From PVC group bacterium (lineage in GTDB: Bacteria; Omnitrophota; Gorgyraeia; B26-G9), in NCBI GenBank assembly GCA_024231215.1, contig JAAEQR010000195.1, forward strand, positions 78,755-142,754: a DNA stretch of 64,000 nt, given 5' to 3'. This document shows, one piece after another, positions 17,585 to 30,090 of this stretch. Numbering within the stretch: the stretch's first letter is position 1; every line of letters starts with the position of its first letter. A program made the position numbers and the translations under genes. The notes under the pieces are model-generated. The model was not told the origin of the DNA and ran no database searches. It saw only the letters and a list, made by a program, of their open reading frames with translations.

Positions 17585-20500
17585 GAGTACAGACATTAAA
17601 AAAATATTAATTATCGGTTCTGGTCCGATTATCATCGGTCAGGCTTGTGAGTTTGATTATTCCGGAACTCAGGCGTGTAAAGCGCTTAGAGAGGAAGGAT
17701 ATGAAGTAGTCTTGGTGAATTCTAACCCGGCAACGATTATGACCGACCCGGAGACAGCTGATTCTATTTATATCGAACCGATTACTCCGGAAGTAGTGAT
17801 TAAGATTATCGAAAAAGAACGTCCGGATGCTATCCTGCCTACATTGGGAGGTCAGACAGGTTTAAATATAGCAATGAAAGTTGCCGAAAGCGGTGCTTTA
17901 GAAAAATATAATGTAAAGATGATCGGAGCAAACGCTGCAGCAATTAAAAAAGCCGAAGATAGAAAAGATTTTAAAGAAGCAATGCAGAATATAGAATTGG
18001 ATGTGCCCAAAAGTGCACTTGCGTATACCATGGAAGAGGCACTTGGGGCTTTAGATGATATTGGTTTGCCGATAATCATAAGGCCTAGTTTTACCATGGG
18101 TGGTACTGGCGGTGGAATTGCGCATACAAAGGAAGAATTTGAGCGTATTTGTGCTTTAGGTTTAAAAAGCAGTATGATCAACGAAGTGCTTGTAGAAGAA
18201 TCAATTCTCGGCTGGAAAGAATATGAATTAGAAGTAATGCGGGATACAAAAGACAATGTAGTAATTGTCTGCTCAATTGAGAACTTTGATCCCATGGGGA
18301 TTCATACCGGCGATTCGATCACTGTTGCTCCGGCGCAGACTTTGACAGATGTTGAGTATCAGAAAATGAGAAATGCCGCTTTAGCGATTATGCGGGAGAT
18401 TGGAGTTGAGACAGGTGGCTCTAATGTGCAGTTTGCCGTAAATCCAAAAGACGGAAGAATGGTTGTTATTGAAATGAATCCGCGGGTATCGCGCAGTTCA
18501 GCCTTAGCTAGTAAAGCAACCGGATTTCCGATTGCTAAATTCGCGGCAAAGCTTGCTGTAGGATATACGTTAGACGAAATACAAAATGATATTACAAAAG
18601 AAACTCCGGCTTCTTTTGAACCTACAATAGATTATTGTGTAGTGAAAATCCCGCGGTTTACATTCGAAAAGTTTCCGGAAGCAAAAGATGTTCTGGGTAT
18701 CTCCATGAAATCTGTAGGAGAAACCATGGCGATTGGCCGGACTTTTAAAGAAGCTTTGCAAAAAGGCCTGCGTGGTTTGGAAATAGGGCATACGGGATTT
18801 GATAATAAGCAGAAGTTTACTGATATCTCTGAGGAAAAAATGATGCATCGTTTAAAAGAACCAAATGCTTCTCGCATTTTTTATATGAAATACGCTTTGC
18901 AGAGAGGCATGAGTATCGAAGAGCTTTATGAGATAACAAAAGTCGATCCCTGGTTTATTAGTAATCTTAAAGAGATCGTTGAATTAGAAAAAGAGATTGT
19001 AAACCATAGTAGTAAGACTAAGGGTATGGGATTTGATATTGAAATTTTAGAACAGGCTAAGCAGTGGGGATTTAGTGATAAACAAATTGCCGATTTAATT
19101 CAAACTGAGGAATCGGCAGTGCGGCATTTCCGAAAGAAACAAGGGCTTGAAGCTACCTATAAATTGGTTGATACATGTGCCGCGGAATTCGAAGCATATA
19201 CGCCGTATTATTATTCTACTTATGAGACTGAGGATGAGGCTAGGTCTAGTGATAAGAAAAAGATTATGATTTTGGGCGGCGGTCCGAATCGGATTGGCCA
19301 AGGGATTGAATTTGATTATTGTTGCTGTCACGCGGCGTTTGCGCTGAAGGAATTAGGTTATGAAACAATAATGGTTAATTCAAATCCGGAAACAGTTTCT
19401 ACGGATTACGATACTTCAGATAAATTATATTTTGAGCCGCTTACTTTTGAAGATGTAATGAATATCGTTGATAAGGAAAAACCAGATGGAATTATTGTGC
19501 AGTTTGGCGGACAGACCCCGCTGAATCTCGCTAAACGGCTTTTGGATGCAGGGGCTCCGATTATCGGAACATCTGTAGAATCAATTGACCGGGCTGAAGA
19601 TAGGGATAAATTTTCAAAACTGGTTAAAAAATTAAGAATACATCAGCCGGCTAATGGTTCGGCAACAAATAAAGAAGAAGCATTGGAAATCGCTAGTGAA
19701 ATTGGGTATCCGGTTTTAGTGCGTCCATCATATGTGCTTGGCGGACGGTCGATGAAAATAGTCTATAACGATGATGATTTAAATGAGTTTATTAAAGAAG
19801 CAAAAGATACAAGCAAAGATAAACCGATTCTTATTGATAAATTCTTAGAAGACGCAGTAGAAGTTGATGTAGATGCAATATCGGATGGTGAGATGACAGT
19901 TATCGGCGGGATTATGGAACATATTGAAGAAGCCGGGGTGCATTCCGGTGATTCAGCGTGTGTGCTTCCCCCGCATACATTAAGCGATGATATTATTGAT
20001 AAAATCCGAAAGGATACTTTGGCAATGTCAAAAGAGCTAAAGGTAAAAGGGTTGCTTAATATTCAGTTTGCCGTAAAAAAAGATAAAGTATATGTCTTAG
20101 AAGTTAATCCCAGGGCTTCACGTACAGTGCCTTTTGTAAGTAAAGCTACCGGGGTTCCATTAGCTAAAATCGCGGCAAAGGTAATGTCCGGCAAGAAATT
20201 AACAGAGCTTGGATTTACCGATGAAATAAAAGTTGAACATTTTTCCGTAAAAGAATCAGTGCTTCCTTTTTCACGTTTCTCCGGCGTGGATGTTTTGTTA
20301 GGCCCGGAGATGAAATCTACCGGGGAAGTAATGGGAATTGATACTTCGTTTGGGCAGGCGTTTTATAAAGCTCAGATTGCTGCGGGTACTGTTTTGCCGA
20401 GGGAAGGAACAATTTTTATTAGTGTTAAGAATGATGATAAGCGGAATATCGTATTTATAGCTAAGAAACTATATGACATGGGCTATTCGATCATGGCGAC

Positions 20501-20804
20501 TAAAGGTACCGCGAAAGTTTTAAATTCGAATAATATTAAGACGAAAAAAATGAAAAAGATTGGTGAAGGTAATACGGATATTTTAGAAAATATTCGAAAC
20601 GGGAAGATTAATCTTATTATCAATACGCCTTCCGGAGAAAGAGGGCAATCGGATATGAAGCCAATGCGAAGCCTGGCAGTTATGCACGGAGTTCCGTGTA
20701 TAACGACTATTTCGGGAGCTCAGGCTGCGGTAAACGGGATTGAATCGATGCTTGAAGGAGAGATGTCAGTGACTTCGATCCAGGAATATATTAAACAGAT
20801 CTAA
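17577..20804 (+). CDS. carB: carbamoyl-phosphate synthase large subunit, copy 1
   Basis: 1075 aa. Two ATP-grasp halves and a C-terminal MGS-like allosteric domain. Its start overlaps the carA stop. Confidence 0.9.
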   Translation: MPKSTDIKKILIIGSGPIIIGQACEFDYSGTQACKALREEGYEVVLVNSNPATIMTDPETADSIYIEPITPEVVIKIIEKERPDAILPTLGGQTGLNIAMKVAESGALEKYNVKMIGANAAAIKKAEDRKDFKEAMQNIELDVPKSALAYTMEEALGALDDIGLPIIIRPSFTMGGTGGGIAHTKEEFERICALGLKSSMINEVLVEESILGWKEYELEVMRDTKDNVVIVCSIENFDPMGIHTGDSITVAPAQTLTDVEYQKMRNAALAIMREIGVETGGSNVQFAVNPKDGRMVVIEMNPRVSRSSALASKATGFPIAKFAAKLAVGYTLDEIQNDITKETPASFEPTIDYCVVKIPRFTFEKFPEAKDVLGISMKSVGETMAIGRTFKEALQKGLRGLEIGHTGFDNKQKFTDISEEKMMHRLKEPNASRIFYMKYALQRGMSIEELYEITKVDPWFISNLKEIVELEKEIVNHSSKTKGMGFDIEILEQAKQWGFSDKQIADLIQTEESAVRHFRKKQGLEATYKLVDTCAAEFEAYTPYYYSTYETEDEARSSDKKKIMILGGGPNRIGQGIEFDYCCCHAAFALKELGYETIMVNSNPETVSTDYDTSDKLYFEPLTFEDVMNIVDKEKPDGIIVQFGGQTPLNLAKRLLDAGAPIIGTSVESIDRAEDRDKFSKLVKKLRIHQPANGSATNKEEALEIASEIGYPVLVRPSYVLGGRSMKIVYNDDDLNEFIKEAKDTSKDKPILIDKFLEDAVEVDVDAISDGEMTVIGGIMEHIEEAGVHSGDSACVLPPHTLSDDIIDKIRKDTLAMSKELKVKGLLNIQFAVKKDKVYVLEVNPRASRTVPFVSKATGVPLAKIAAKVMSGKKLTELGFTDEIKVEHFSVKESVLPFSRFSGVDVLLGPEMKSTGEVMGIDTSFGQAFYKAQIAAGTVLPREGTIFISVKNDDKRNIVFIAKKLYDMGYSIMATKGTAKVLNSNNIKTKKMKKIGEGNTDILENIRNGKINLIINTPSGERGQSDMKPMRSLAVMHGVPCITTISGAQAAVNGIESMLEGEMSVTSIQEYIKQI

Positions 20805-20851
20805 CCGCTCACAATAGGGTGAGTAGTAACGTATTCGGGGAGGAATACAGT

Positions 20852-23800
20852 ATGCCGAGAAGAGATGATATTAAAAAAGTTTTGATTATAGGTTCCGGGC
20901 CGATTATTATTGGGCAGGCATGTGAATTTGATTATTCAGGTACACAGGCTTGTAAAGCATTGAAAGAGGAAGGTTACGAGGTTGTTCTGGTTAACTCTAA
21001 TCCGGCAACAATTATGACTGATCCGGGTATGGCGGATAAAACATATATAGAACCGTTGACCATAGAAAGTATTGAAAAAATCATTGAAAAAGAACGGCCT
21101 GACGCATTGCTTCCTAATTTAGGCGGGCAGACAGCTTTGAATCTTTCGGCTTCTTTATCTAAAGCTGGTATATTAAAAAAATATAATGTGGAAGTTATCG
21201 GAGTAAAAACAGATGCAATTGAACGCGGTGAAGACAGAATTATTTTTAAAGAAACAATGAACAAGCTTGGTATTGAAATGCCGACTTCAGAGCCGTGTCA
21301 TTCCGTAGAGGAAGCAGAGAAAATTGCTGAAAAAATAGGATATCCGGTAGTATTAAGGCCTGCATATACTATGGGCGGTACAGGCGGTGGTATTGCCTAT
21401 AATATAGAAGAATTACGTACGATTGTAAGTCGTGGTCTTTCGGTTAGCATAGTGCATCAGGTTTTAGTTGAAGAATCTGTTATTGGCTGGGAAGAGCTGG
21501 AACTTGAAGTTGTAAGAGACGCTAAAGGGCAGAAAATCACCGTATGTTTTATTGAAAACATAGATGCGATGGGAGTGCATACCGGAGATAGCTTTTGCGC
21601 AGCACCAATGTTGACGGTTCCGGAAAAATTGCAAAAGCGTATGCAGGAGGCTGCTTATAAAATAGTTGATGCTATCGGGGTTACCGGTGGTACGAACGTA
21701 CAGTTTGCGCATAATTTAAAAGATGACCGATTGGTTGTAATTGAAATTAATCCCAGGACTTCACGTTCATCAGCCTTGGCGTCTAAAGCAACTGGTTTTC
21801 CAATTGCCAGGATTTCTACAAAACTTGCAGCTGGGTTGACAATGGATGAAATCCCTTATTGGAAAGAAGGAACTCTTGAAAAATATGCGCCGAGTGGAGA
21901 ATATGTAGTAATTAAATTTGCTCGTTGGGCGTTTGAGAAATTTCCCGGGTCTCAGGATGTCTTAGGTACACAGATGAGAGCTGTTGGTGAAGTAATGAGT
22001 ATTGGTAAGAATTTTAAAGAAGCATTTTTGAAAGCAATACGTTCTTTGGAAATTAAACGTTATGGTCTTGGCGGAGCAAAAGATTTCAAGGAACTTTCAT
22101 TAGATAGATTAAAAGAGAAATTAGCTAATCCTTCTAGTGAGAGGATATTCCTGGTCTATGAGGCCTTGCGTAAGGGTATGAGCCCGGAAGAGCTTTATAA
22201 ATTAACACATATTGGTATCTGGTTTTTAACTCAGATGCAGGAACTTGTGCAATTTGAGGAAAAGGTGCTTACCTGTAAATGGGAAGATCTGGCGGATGAA
22301 CAATTGATCGAAGCTAAAAAACTAGGGTTTGCGGATAAGTATTTGGCTGGTCTTTTCAATGTTGATGAAAAGAAAATTCGGGATAAGCGGATTGCCTTGG
22401 GGATGCATGGCAGATTTGAAGCAGTACCGGTAAGCGGTGTGGAAAATGCCGCGTATTATTATTCAACATATAACGCGGAAGATACTGTGCCAGTTTCTCT
22501 GAATAAAAAGATTATGATTTTAGGCGGCGGTCCGAATCGAATCGGGCAGGGGATTGAATTTGATTATACTTGTGTTCATGCGGCGTTTACCTTACGTGAT
22601 GAGGGTTATGAATCAATTATGGTCAATTGTAATCCGGAAACAGTTTCTACTGATTATGATACTTCTAATAAACTGTATTTTGAACCATTGACAGTGGAAG
22701 ATGTTTTAACTATTTATGAAAAAGAAAAGCCGGAAGGTGTTATTGTCCAGTTTGGCGGGCAGACTCCGTTAAACATCGCGCAAGAATTAAAAGATAATGG
22801 TGTAAAAATATTAGGTACGACTCCGGAAAGTATTCATTTAGCAGAAGACCGGGAGCGTTTCAGGGAAAAAATGATTGCCTTAGGCGTGCCTCAGCCGGAA
22901 AGTGGAATTGCGCGTTCATTAGAAGAAGCAATTGATATTTCGGAAAAGATTGGCTATCCGCTGATGGTACGTCCTTCTTATGTATTGGGCGGTAGAGGTA
23001 TGGAAGTTATTTATGATCAGGTAATGTTGAAACGCTATGCTATAGAAGCGATCCAGGTAAGCCCGGAACATCCAATGCTTATCGACCGATTTTTAGAAGA
23101 CGCGATTGAAGCAGAAGTGGATGCGCTAAGTGATGGCGAGAATACATTTGTTGCTTCGATTATGGAACATATAGAACTAGCTGGGGTTCATTCCGGAGAT
23201 TCCGCATGTGCGATACCTCCTCATTCGATTCCGGAAAAACATATCAAGACAATAGAGGGATATACCGCGAAGATCGCAAAAGAATTAGAAGTTGTCGGGT
23301 TGATGAATATTCAATATGCGATTTGTGATGATAAGGTGTATATTTTGGAAGCTAACCCGCGAGCTTCACGTACAGTTCCGATTGTTTCCAAAATTATGGG
23401 TATTCAAACAGCGCGGATTGCAACACAGCTGATGTTGGGTAAAAAGCTGAAAGATTTTCCGGAATTAAAAAGTGAAAAGGTTTCTTATGTGGGAGTTAAA
23501 GAAGCGGTTTTTCCTTTTAATATGTTCCCTGAAGTAGACCCTCTCTTAGGCCCGGAGATGAGAGCAACCGGAGAGGTTATGGGTATTGCCGATTCTTTTG
23601 CTAAAGCATTTTATAAAGCCGAAGAAGCTGCCGGAGCCAAGCTGCCGGTAAAAGGGAATATTTTACTTACTGTTGCCGATAGAGATAAGCCAGCGTTGCT
23701 TCCAATTGCTGAACATGTTAAGAAATTGGGATTTAATATCTATGCTACCGAAGGGACAGGAACATATTTAAAAGCACATGGTATTGATACTACTTTCGTG

Positions 23801-24049
23801 AAAAAAGTGCATGAAGGAAGACCTAATGTTTCGGATTCAATTAAGAATAAAGAGATACAGTTGGTAATTAATACTCCGGTAGGAAGAACAAGTAAATATG
23901 ATGACAGCTATATTCGCATGATGGCGATACAGCATAAGGTACCCTATATAACGTCAATGGCAGCAGCGCAGGCGAGTATAGAAGGAATTGAAGCTGTGAA
24001 TAATGCGGATATTGCACCGAAAGCATTACAGGATTATTATAAGGAGTAG
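20852..24049 (+). CDS. carB: carbamoyl-phosphate synthase large subunit, copy 2 (tandem paralog)
   Basis: About 1065 aa. Start chosen at MPRRDDIKK with RBS GGGGAGGAA (the ORF track extends to a GTG at 20819). Near-identical N-terminal 60 aa to copy 1, but a divergent C-terminal allosteric domain. Confidence 0.88.
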   Translation: MPRRDDIKKVLIIGSGPIIIGQACEFDYSGTQACKALKEEGYEVVLVNSNPATIMTDPGMADKTYIEPLTIESIEKIIEKERPDALLPNLGGQTALNLSASLSKAGILKKYNVEVIGVKTDAIERGEDRIIFKETMNKLGIEMPTSEPCHSVEEAEKIAEKIGYPVVLRPAYTMGGTGGGIAYNIEELRTIVSRGLSVSIVHQVLVEESVIGWEELELEVVRDAKGQKITVCFIENIDAMGVHTGDSFCAAPMLTVPEKLQKRMQEAAYKIVDAIGVTGGTNVQFAHNLKDDRLVVIEINPRTSRSSALASKATGFPIARISTKLAAGLTMDEIPYWKEGTLEKYAPSGEYVVIKFARWAFEKFPGSQDVLGTQMRAVGEVMSIGKNFKEAFLKAIRSLEIKRYGLGGAKDFKELSLDRLKEKLANPSSERIFLVYEALRKGMSPEELYKLTHIGIWFLTQMQELVQFEEKVLTCKWEDLADEQLIEAKKLGFADKYLAGLFNVDEKKIRDKRIALGMHGRFEAVPVSGVENAAYYYSTYNAEDTVPVSLNKKIMILGGGPNRIGQGIEFDYTCVHAAFTLRDEGYESIMVNCNPETVSTDYDTSNKLYFEPLTVEDVLTIYEKEKPEGVIVQFGGQTPLNIAQELKDNGVKILGTTPESIHLAEDRERFREKMIALGVPQPESGIARSLEEAIDISEKIGYPLMVRPSYVLGGRGMEVIYDQVMLKRYAIEAIQVSPEHPMLIDRFLEDAIEAEVDALSDGENTFVASIMEHIELAGVHSGDSACAIPPHSIPEKHIKTIEGYTAKIAKELEVVGLMNIQYAICDDKVYILEANPRASRTVPIVSKIMGIQTARIATQLMLGKKLKDFPELKSEKVSYVGVKEAVFPFNMFPEVDPLLGPEMRATGEVMGIADSFAKAFYKAEEAAGAKLPVKGNILLTVADRDKPALLPIAEHVKKLGFNIYATEGTGTYLKAHGIDTTFVKKVHEGRPNVSDSIKNKEIQLVINTPVGRTSKYDDSYIRMMAIQHKVPYITSMAAAQASIEGIEAVNNADIAPKALQDYYKE

Positions 24050-24051
24050 AA

Positions 24052-25428
24052 ATGTGTGGGATTTTTGGAATCAGTGGACATAAAGAAGCGGGGAGATTAA
24101 CACACCTGGGGTTATTCGCATTGCAGCATCGAGGCGAGGAAAGTGCCGGGATTGTAACTTGTGATGGGAAAAAAGTGCGTTCTCGCCGAGCCATGGGCTT
24201 GGTTGGGGATGTGTTTGATGAGCCGGCAATAAAATCACTGAGGGGCAATGTTGCCATAGGACATGTTCGCTATTCTACTACCGGATCAAGCAACATGAAA
24301 AATATTCAGCCGTTTTTGGTAAGCCATAAGAAGGGAAATATTGCGGTTGCGCATAACGGAAACCTGACCAATACATATGAACTGAGAGAAAAGCTGGAAG
24401 AAAAAGGTTCTATTTTCCAGAGCTCAATGGATTCGGAAGTAATTGTGCATCTTTTAGCGCAGTCTAGCAATAAAGATTATAGGCAGCGGGTTGTGGAAAC
24501 ATTATCGCAGCTTGACGGTGCTTATTCTCTGAGCATATTAATTAATAATGTATTGATCGGAGTGCGGGATCCACACGGATTTAGGCCGTTATGTATTGGA
24601 AAACTGGATGGTGCTTATGTCTTGGCGAGTGAGACATGTGCGCTTGATTTAATTCACGCTAAATATGTAAGAGATGTAGCTCCGGGAGAAGTTGTGTTTA
24701 TCACAAAACAAGGGATTGAATCAATAACACCCTTTCCCAAAAAACCACATGCATTTTGTATATTCGAATACATATATTTTGCTAGGCCGGATAGTAATAT
24801 CTTTGGTAAAAACGTATATTTAACCAGAAAACGTTTAGGCAAGAGTATGGCTCGAGAAGCTTCGGCTAAATGTGATTCAATAATGCCGATACCTGATTCG
24901 GGTAATTATGCAGCACTAGGATTTGCCGAAGAAGCGGGTATACCTTTTGAAGTGGGGATGATCAGGAACCATTACATCGGAAGGACGTTTATTCAGCCCA
25001 CACAGGGCATCCGGGATTTTAGGGTAAGAGTGAAGCTTAATCCGATAAAAGATGTGCTTAAAGGGAAAAAACTGGTTGTTGTAGAAGATTCTATTGTCCG
25101 CGGGACAACAAGTAAATCGCGGGTAAAGACAATACGTGACGCAGGAGTAAAAAAAATACATATGCGTATTAGCTGTCCGCCTATAAAATTCCCGTGTTTC
25201 TATGGAATTGATTTTCCTTCACGTAAGGAACTTATTGCTTCCGGGAAATCTGTAAAACAGATACAGAAATTTTTAAAACTGGATAGCCTGGAATATTTAA
25301 GCCTTAAAGGGATGTTAGATGCAATGCTTTTGCCTAAATGTGAGTTTTGCACGGCATGTTTTAGCGGTAAGTATCCGACAAAGTTGCCAAAGAGATTTTC
25401 TAAAAAGATGCTGGAAAAAAGAAAATAG
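24052..25428 (+). CDS. purF: amidophosphoribosyltransferase
   Basis: MCGIFGI N-terminal nucleophile, PRTase domain, and C-terminal Cys residues for a 4Fe-4S cluster. Confidence 0.9.
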   Translation: MCGIFGISGHKEAGRLTHLGLFALQHRGEESAGIVTCDGKKVRSRRAMGLVGDVFDEPAIKSLRGNVAIGHVRYSTTGSSNMKNIQPFLVSHKKGNIAVAHNGNLTNTYELREKLEEKGSIFQSSMDSEVIVHLLAQSSNKDYRQRVVETLSQLDGAYSLSILINNVLIGVRDPHGFRPLCIGKLDGAYVLASETCALDLIHAKYVRDVAPGEVVFITKQGIESITPFPKKPHAFCIFEYIYFARPDSNIFGKNVYLTRKRLGKSMAREASAKCDSIMPIPDSGNYAALGFAEEAGIPFEVGMIRNHYIGRTFIQPTQGIRDFRVRVKLNPIKDVLKGKKLVVVEDSIVRGTTSKSRVKTIRDAGVKKIHMRISCPPIKFPCFYGIDFPSRKELIASGKSVKQIQKFLKLDSLEYLSLKGMLDAMLLPKCEFCTACFSGKYPTKLPKRFSKKMLEKRK

Positions 25429-25437
25429 GGAGAATAT

Positions 25438-26955
25438 ATGTGTGCGCAAATAGGTTTTGATAACGAAAAGTATTTAAAAGAACAAAGCGCGGCAATCTTA
25501 GAACGGGTAAAGAAATCTGAACATAAGCTGTATCTTGAATTTGGAGGAAAGCTGCTTTTTGATTATCATGCATCGAGAGTGCTCCCGGGATTTGATCCCA
25601 ACGTAAAAATGAGGCTACTGCAAAAGCTTAAAGACAAAGCCGATATCATACTGTGCATCTATGCCGGTGATATTGAAAGAAGGAAAGTGCGGGCGGATTT
25701 CGGAATTACCTATGATGCAGATGTGCTTAAAGTTATTGATGATTTATCTCATTGGGGGATAACCAGAGTTCAGGTTGTGATCACGCGTTTTGACGGACAG
25801 CGTTCCGCGACTATATTTAAAAACAAATTAGAACGAAGAGGGGTAAAGGTATATACACATAGTTTTACTAAAGGATATCCTACGGATATAGATATGATTG
25901 TAAGCGATGAGGGGTATGGGGCTAATCCTTATATTAAGACAGACAATCAATTGGTTGTAGTGACGGCTCCCGGACCTGGAAGCGGAAAACTAGCGACTTG
26001 TCTTTCTCAGTTATATCATGATTACCGGAAAGGAAGAAAAAGCCGGTATTCAAAATTTGAAACTTTTCCGATATGGAATATCCCTTTAAAACATCCGGTA
26101 AATGTAGCTTATGAAGCGGCAACAGCAGATCTTAGGGATTTTAATATGATTGATCCTTTTCATATGGAGACTTATGGAGAAAAGACTATAAATTATAACC
26201 GGGATGTTGAAGTGTTTCCGGTATTAAAAAGGATTCTGGAAAAGATTATGAACGCAGAATCTCCTTATCAGTCACCTACGGATATGGGAGTTAATCGGGC
26301 AGGTTTTGGAATTATTGATGATACAGTAGTTCAGGAAGCAGCAAGGCAGGAGATTATACGGCGATATTTCCGGTATGCTTGTGAGTATATAATGGGATTT
26401 GTGGACAAAGAAACAGTGCAGAGAGTGGAATTACTTCTGGAAGAATTAGGAATAAAAATTGAGAATAGAAAAGTTGTCTTACCGGCACGAAAGGCAGCCG
26501 AGCAGGCGCAGAAGAAAAAGAAAGGTAATGAAGGTATTTACTGTGGAGCAGCATTAGAACTGCCTGATGGGACAATTATTACCGGGAAAAATTCACCGTT
26601 AATGCATGCCGCATCAAGTGTTATTATAAATGCAGTAAAAAAGCTTGCGGGTATTCCAGATAAAATTCATTTATTATCTCCAAACATTTTAGAATCTATA
26701 AGGCAGCTTAACAGTAATATTCTTAATGCTAAAATCGTAAGCTTGGATTTAGAAGAAATGCTTATTGCGTTGAGTATTAGTGCGGCGACCAATCCTACAT
26801 CTCAGCTGGCGATTGAAAAGTTGAAAGAATTGCGGAATTGTGAGGTGCACATGACGCATATTCCTACTCCGGGAGATGAGGCTGGTTTGCGGCGGTTAGG
26901 GGTGAATATGACCAGCGATCCTGATTTTTCTACTAAGGGGTTATTTGTGTCGTAA
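25438..26955 (+). CDS. UPF0371/DUF1846-family protein of unknown function
   Basis: 505 aa. [23 protein letters not shown] and [21 protein letters not shown] resemble the UPF0371 family signature. RBS GGGAGA. Confidence 0.65.
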   Translation: MCAQIGFDNEKYLKEQSAAILERVKKSEHKLYLEFGGKLLFDYHASRVLPGFDPNVKMRLLQKLKDKADIILCIYAGDIERRKVRADFGITYDADVLKVIDDLSHWGITRVQVVITRFDGQRSATIFKNKLERRGVKVYTHSFTKGYPTDIDMIVSDEGYGANPYIKTDNQLVVVTAPGPGSGKLATCLSQLYHDYRKGRKSRYSKFETFPIWNIPLKHPVNVAYEAATADLRDFNMIDPFHMETYGEKTINYNRDVEVFPVLKRILEKIMNAESPYQSPTDMGVNRAGFGIIDDTVVQEAARQEIIRRYFRYACEYIMGFVDKETVQRVELLLEELGIKIENRKVVLPARKAAEQAQKKKKGNEGIYCGAALELPDGTIITGKNSPLMHAASSVIINAVKKLAGIPDKIHLLSPNILESIRQLNSNILNAKIVSLDLEEMLIALSISAATNPTSQLAIEKLKELRNCEVHMTHIPTPGDEAGLRRLGVNMTSDPDFSTKGLFVS

Positions 26956-26997
26956 GACGTAGATGAGTTGGAGTCGGTTTCCAAGTTAGCAGCTTAG

Positions 26998-28656
<1,659 letters not shown>

Positions 28657-28657
28657 G

Positions 28658-29377
28658 TTGAAAGGGGTTTTGAAGTTGAATATTAAATCACATGAAGCAT
28701 ACATAGATACATTAAGTAAAATAAGTAAGGCGATAACAAGCGATCTTTATTTAGAAGACGTTTTAAAACTTGTGGTTACCTTGACCGCGAATGTTATGAA
28801 CGCAAAAATTTGCGCTTTGTGGCTTTTGGATGAAAAGACTCAGGAATTAAAAATTAAAGCAACACAAGCGATGAGCAGTGAATATTTAAAAGAGCGTACA
28901 TTAAAAGTTGGCGAGGGAATTGTCGGGTTAGTCGCGAAAAGCAAGAAGCCGATTGCGATACTGGATATTTTGAAAGATAAAAGGTATAAAGAGAAGAAAT
29001 TAGCTAAGAAAGAAAAACTTGTTTCTATGCTTAGTATTCCGATGCTTGTAAAGAGTCGTGTGATTGGAGTTGTTAATTGTTATACAACCGCGAAGTATAA
29101 ATTTACTAAAAGCGACATCAATCTTTTAAGTACTGTTTCCAATCAGGCTGCTGTAGCTATAGAAAATACAGAGTTAATTGTTAAGACAAAAGTTGTGCAG
29201 GAAGAATTAGACGCGCGAAAAAAAGTGGAAAAAGCAAAAGGGCTCTTAATGAAGGAACAGAATATTACTGAGCAGCAAGCGTACAATATCCTCCGCAAGT
29301 CAAGTATGAATAAACGCATTTCCATGAAAGATATTGCCGAGGCAATAATCCTATCTTCTGAAATCAAGAAAAAATAA
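28658..29377 (+). CDS. GAF-domain + ANTAR-domain RNA-binding regulator
   Basis: 239 aa. N-terminal GAF-like region and C-terminal ANTAR helix set (EQQAYNILRKSSMNKRISMKDIAEAII). Start codon uncertain; TTG or ATG at 28658-28692. Confidence 0.65.
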   Translation: MKGVLKLNIKSHEAYIDTLSKISKAITSDLYLEDVLKLVVTLTANVMNAKICALWLLDEKTQELKIKATQAMSSEYLKERTLKVGEGIVGLVAKSKKPIAILDILKDKRYKEKKLAKKEKLVSMLSIPMLVKSRVIGVVNCYTTAKYKFTKSDINLLSTVSNQAAVAIENTELIVKTKVVQEELDARKKVEKAKGLLMKEQNITEQQAYNILRKSSMNKRISMKDIAEAIILSSEIKKK

Positions 29378-29537
29378 TCATCGAAAAATACTGAAATATT
29401 TTATTGTTGCTTTTTTTGTAAAATTTTTTTTTGCAAAAAAGTAATTTTTTCCTTGTAATCAATTCCCGTTTTAGTATATAGTATACATATAAGAAAAAAA
29501 TGGGGGTTAATCAGTAAAACTGATTTAATATATAAAA

Positions 29538-29750
29538 ATGAAAGGGGGTGACACCGTGGCCGTAAAAAAGAAAAAAGCAGCAAAGAAAAAAGTGGCAAAG
29601 AAAAAAGTTGTAAAGAAAAAAGTAGCTAAGAAAAAAGTGGCAAAGAAAAAAGTTGTAAAGAAAAAAGTGGCAAAGAAAAAAGTAGCAAAGAAAAAAGTGG
29701 CAAAGAAAAAAGTGGCAAAGAAAAAAGTGGCAAAGAAAAAGAAAAAATAG
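29538..29750 (+). CDS. lysine-rich tandem-repeat protein, histone-H1/AlgP-tail-like
   Basis: 64-70 aa consisting almost solely of (V/A)(A/V)KKK pentads. RBS AAAGGGGG; the start is ATG 29538 or GTG 29556. Confidence 0.5.
   Translation: MKGGDTVAVKKKKAAKKKVAKKKVVKKKVAKKKVAKKKVVKKKVAKKKVAKKKVAKKKVAKKKVAKKKKK
29577..29741 (+). repeat. 11 tandem copies of a 15-bp unit (GTGGCAAAGAAAAAA and variants), in-frame coding repeat
   Basis: Direct reading of the sequence. Units differ only at the first or second codon. Confidence 0.9.
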
Positions 29751-30054
29751 TTGTTGGAACAACGTTGAATTTAAATCTTAGATTTTAAGTAGGTCCCAAA
29801 TTTGATTAGCAAAACAAGGATGTTGCTGAATCCCAAAGGTGGGGAAGCTAACAAAAAGTTTTAGGTGTTTGAAGTAAAAAAGATTTTCCCGCCTTTGGGA
29901 GGGGATCAAAAAACAGCATTTAGAATTTCTACACTAATATCCTTCCCATGTTTCCTATTTTTTATATTGTTGATGAAAATTAAATATTTTTTAAGTTGGA
30001 ACTGTTTGTGGTGCAACATGTTACGAAATTTAATATTTTAGAGCAGTTATTGAT

Positions 30055-30090
30055 ATCTTCTCCCCTCATTGTGTTGGGAGATTTTTTTAT
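30055..30090 (+). terminator. candidate intrinsic terminator ending a roughly 340-nt non-coding stretch
   Basis: TCTCCC-loop-GGGAGA followed by TTTTTTT. Confidence 0.45.

Noticed and set aside
20819-20851. Upstream GTG start for the second carB
   Set aside because: The ATG at 20852 is preceded by GGGGAGGAA at ideal spacing, and the resulting N-terminus (MPRRDDIKKVLIIGSGP) aligns with copy 1 ([17 protein letters not shown]). The extension is likely untranslated.
29577-29741. Tandem 15-bp repeats as a possible CRISPR array
   Set aside because: The repeats are contiguous with no spacers. They are in-frame within an ORF and encode lysine pentads, so this is a coding simple-sequence repeat, not CRISPR.
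29401-29762. Minus-strand ORFs (65 and 83 aa, FFLCHFF repeats) antisense to the lysine-repeat gene
   Set aside because: They are the reverse-complement reading of the AAG/AAA repeat (TTT/CTT gives F/L). They have no RBS and their composition is a pure repeat artefact.
29751-30090. Structured housekeeping RNA (RNase P, SRP, tmRNA or 6S) in the long untranslated region
   Set aside because: None of the hallmark conserved strings (P4 of RNase P, SRP domain IV GGAA/AGCAG, tmRNA tag ORF) are visible by eye. This stays as an unclassified candidate sRNA only.
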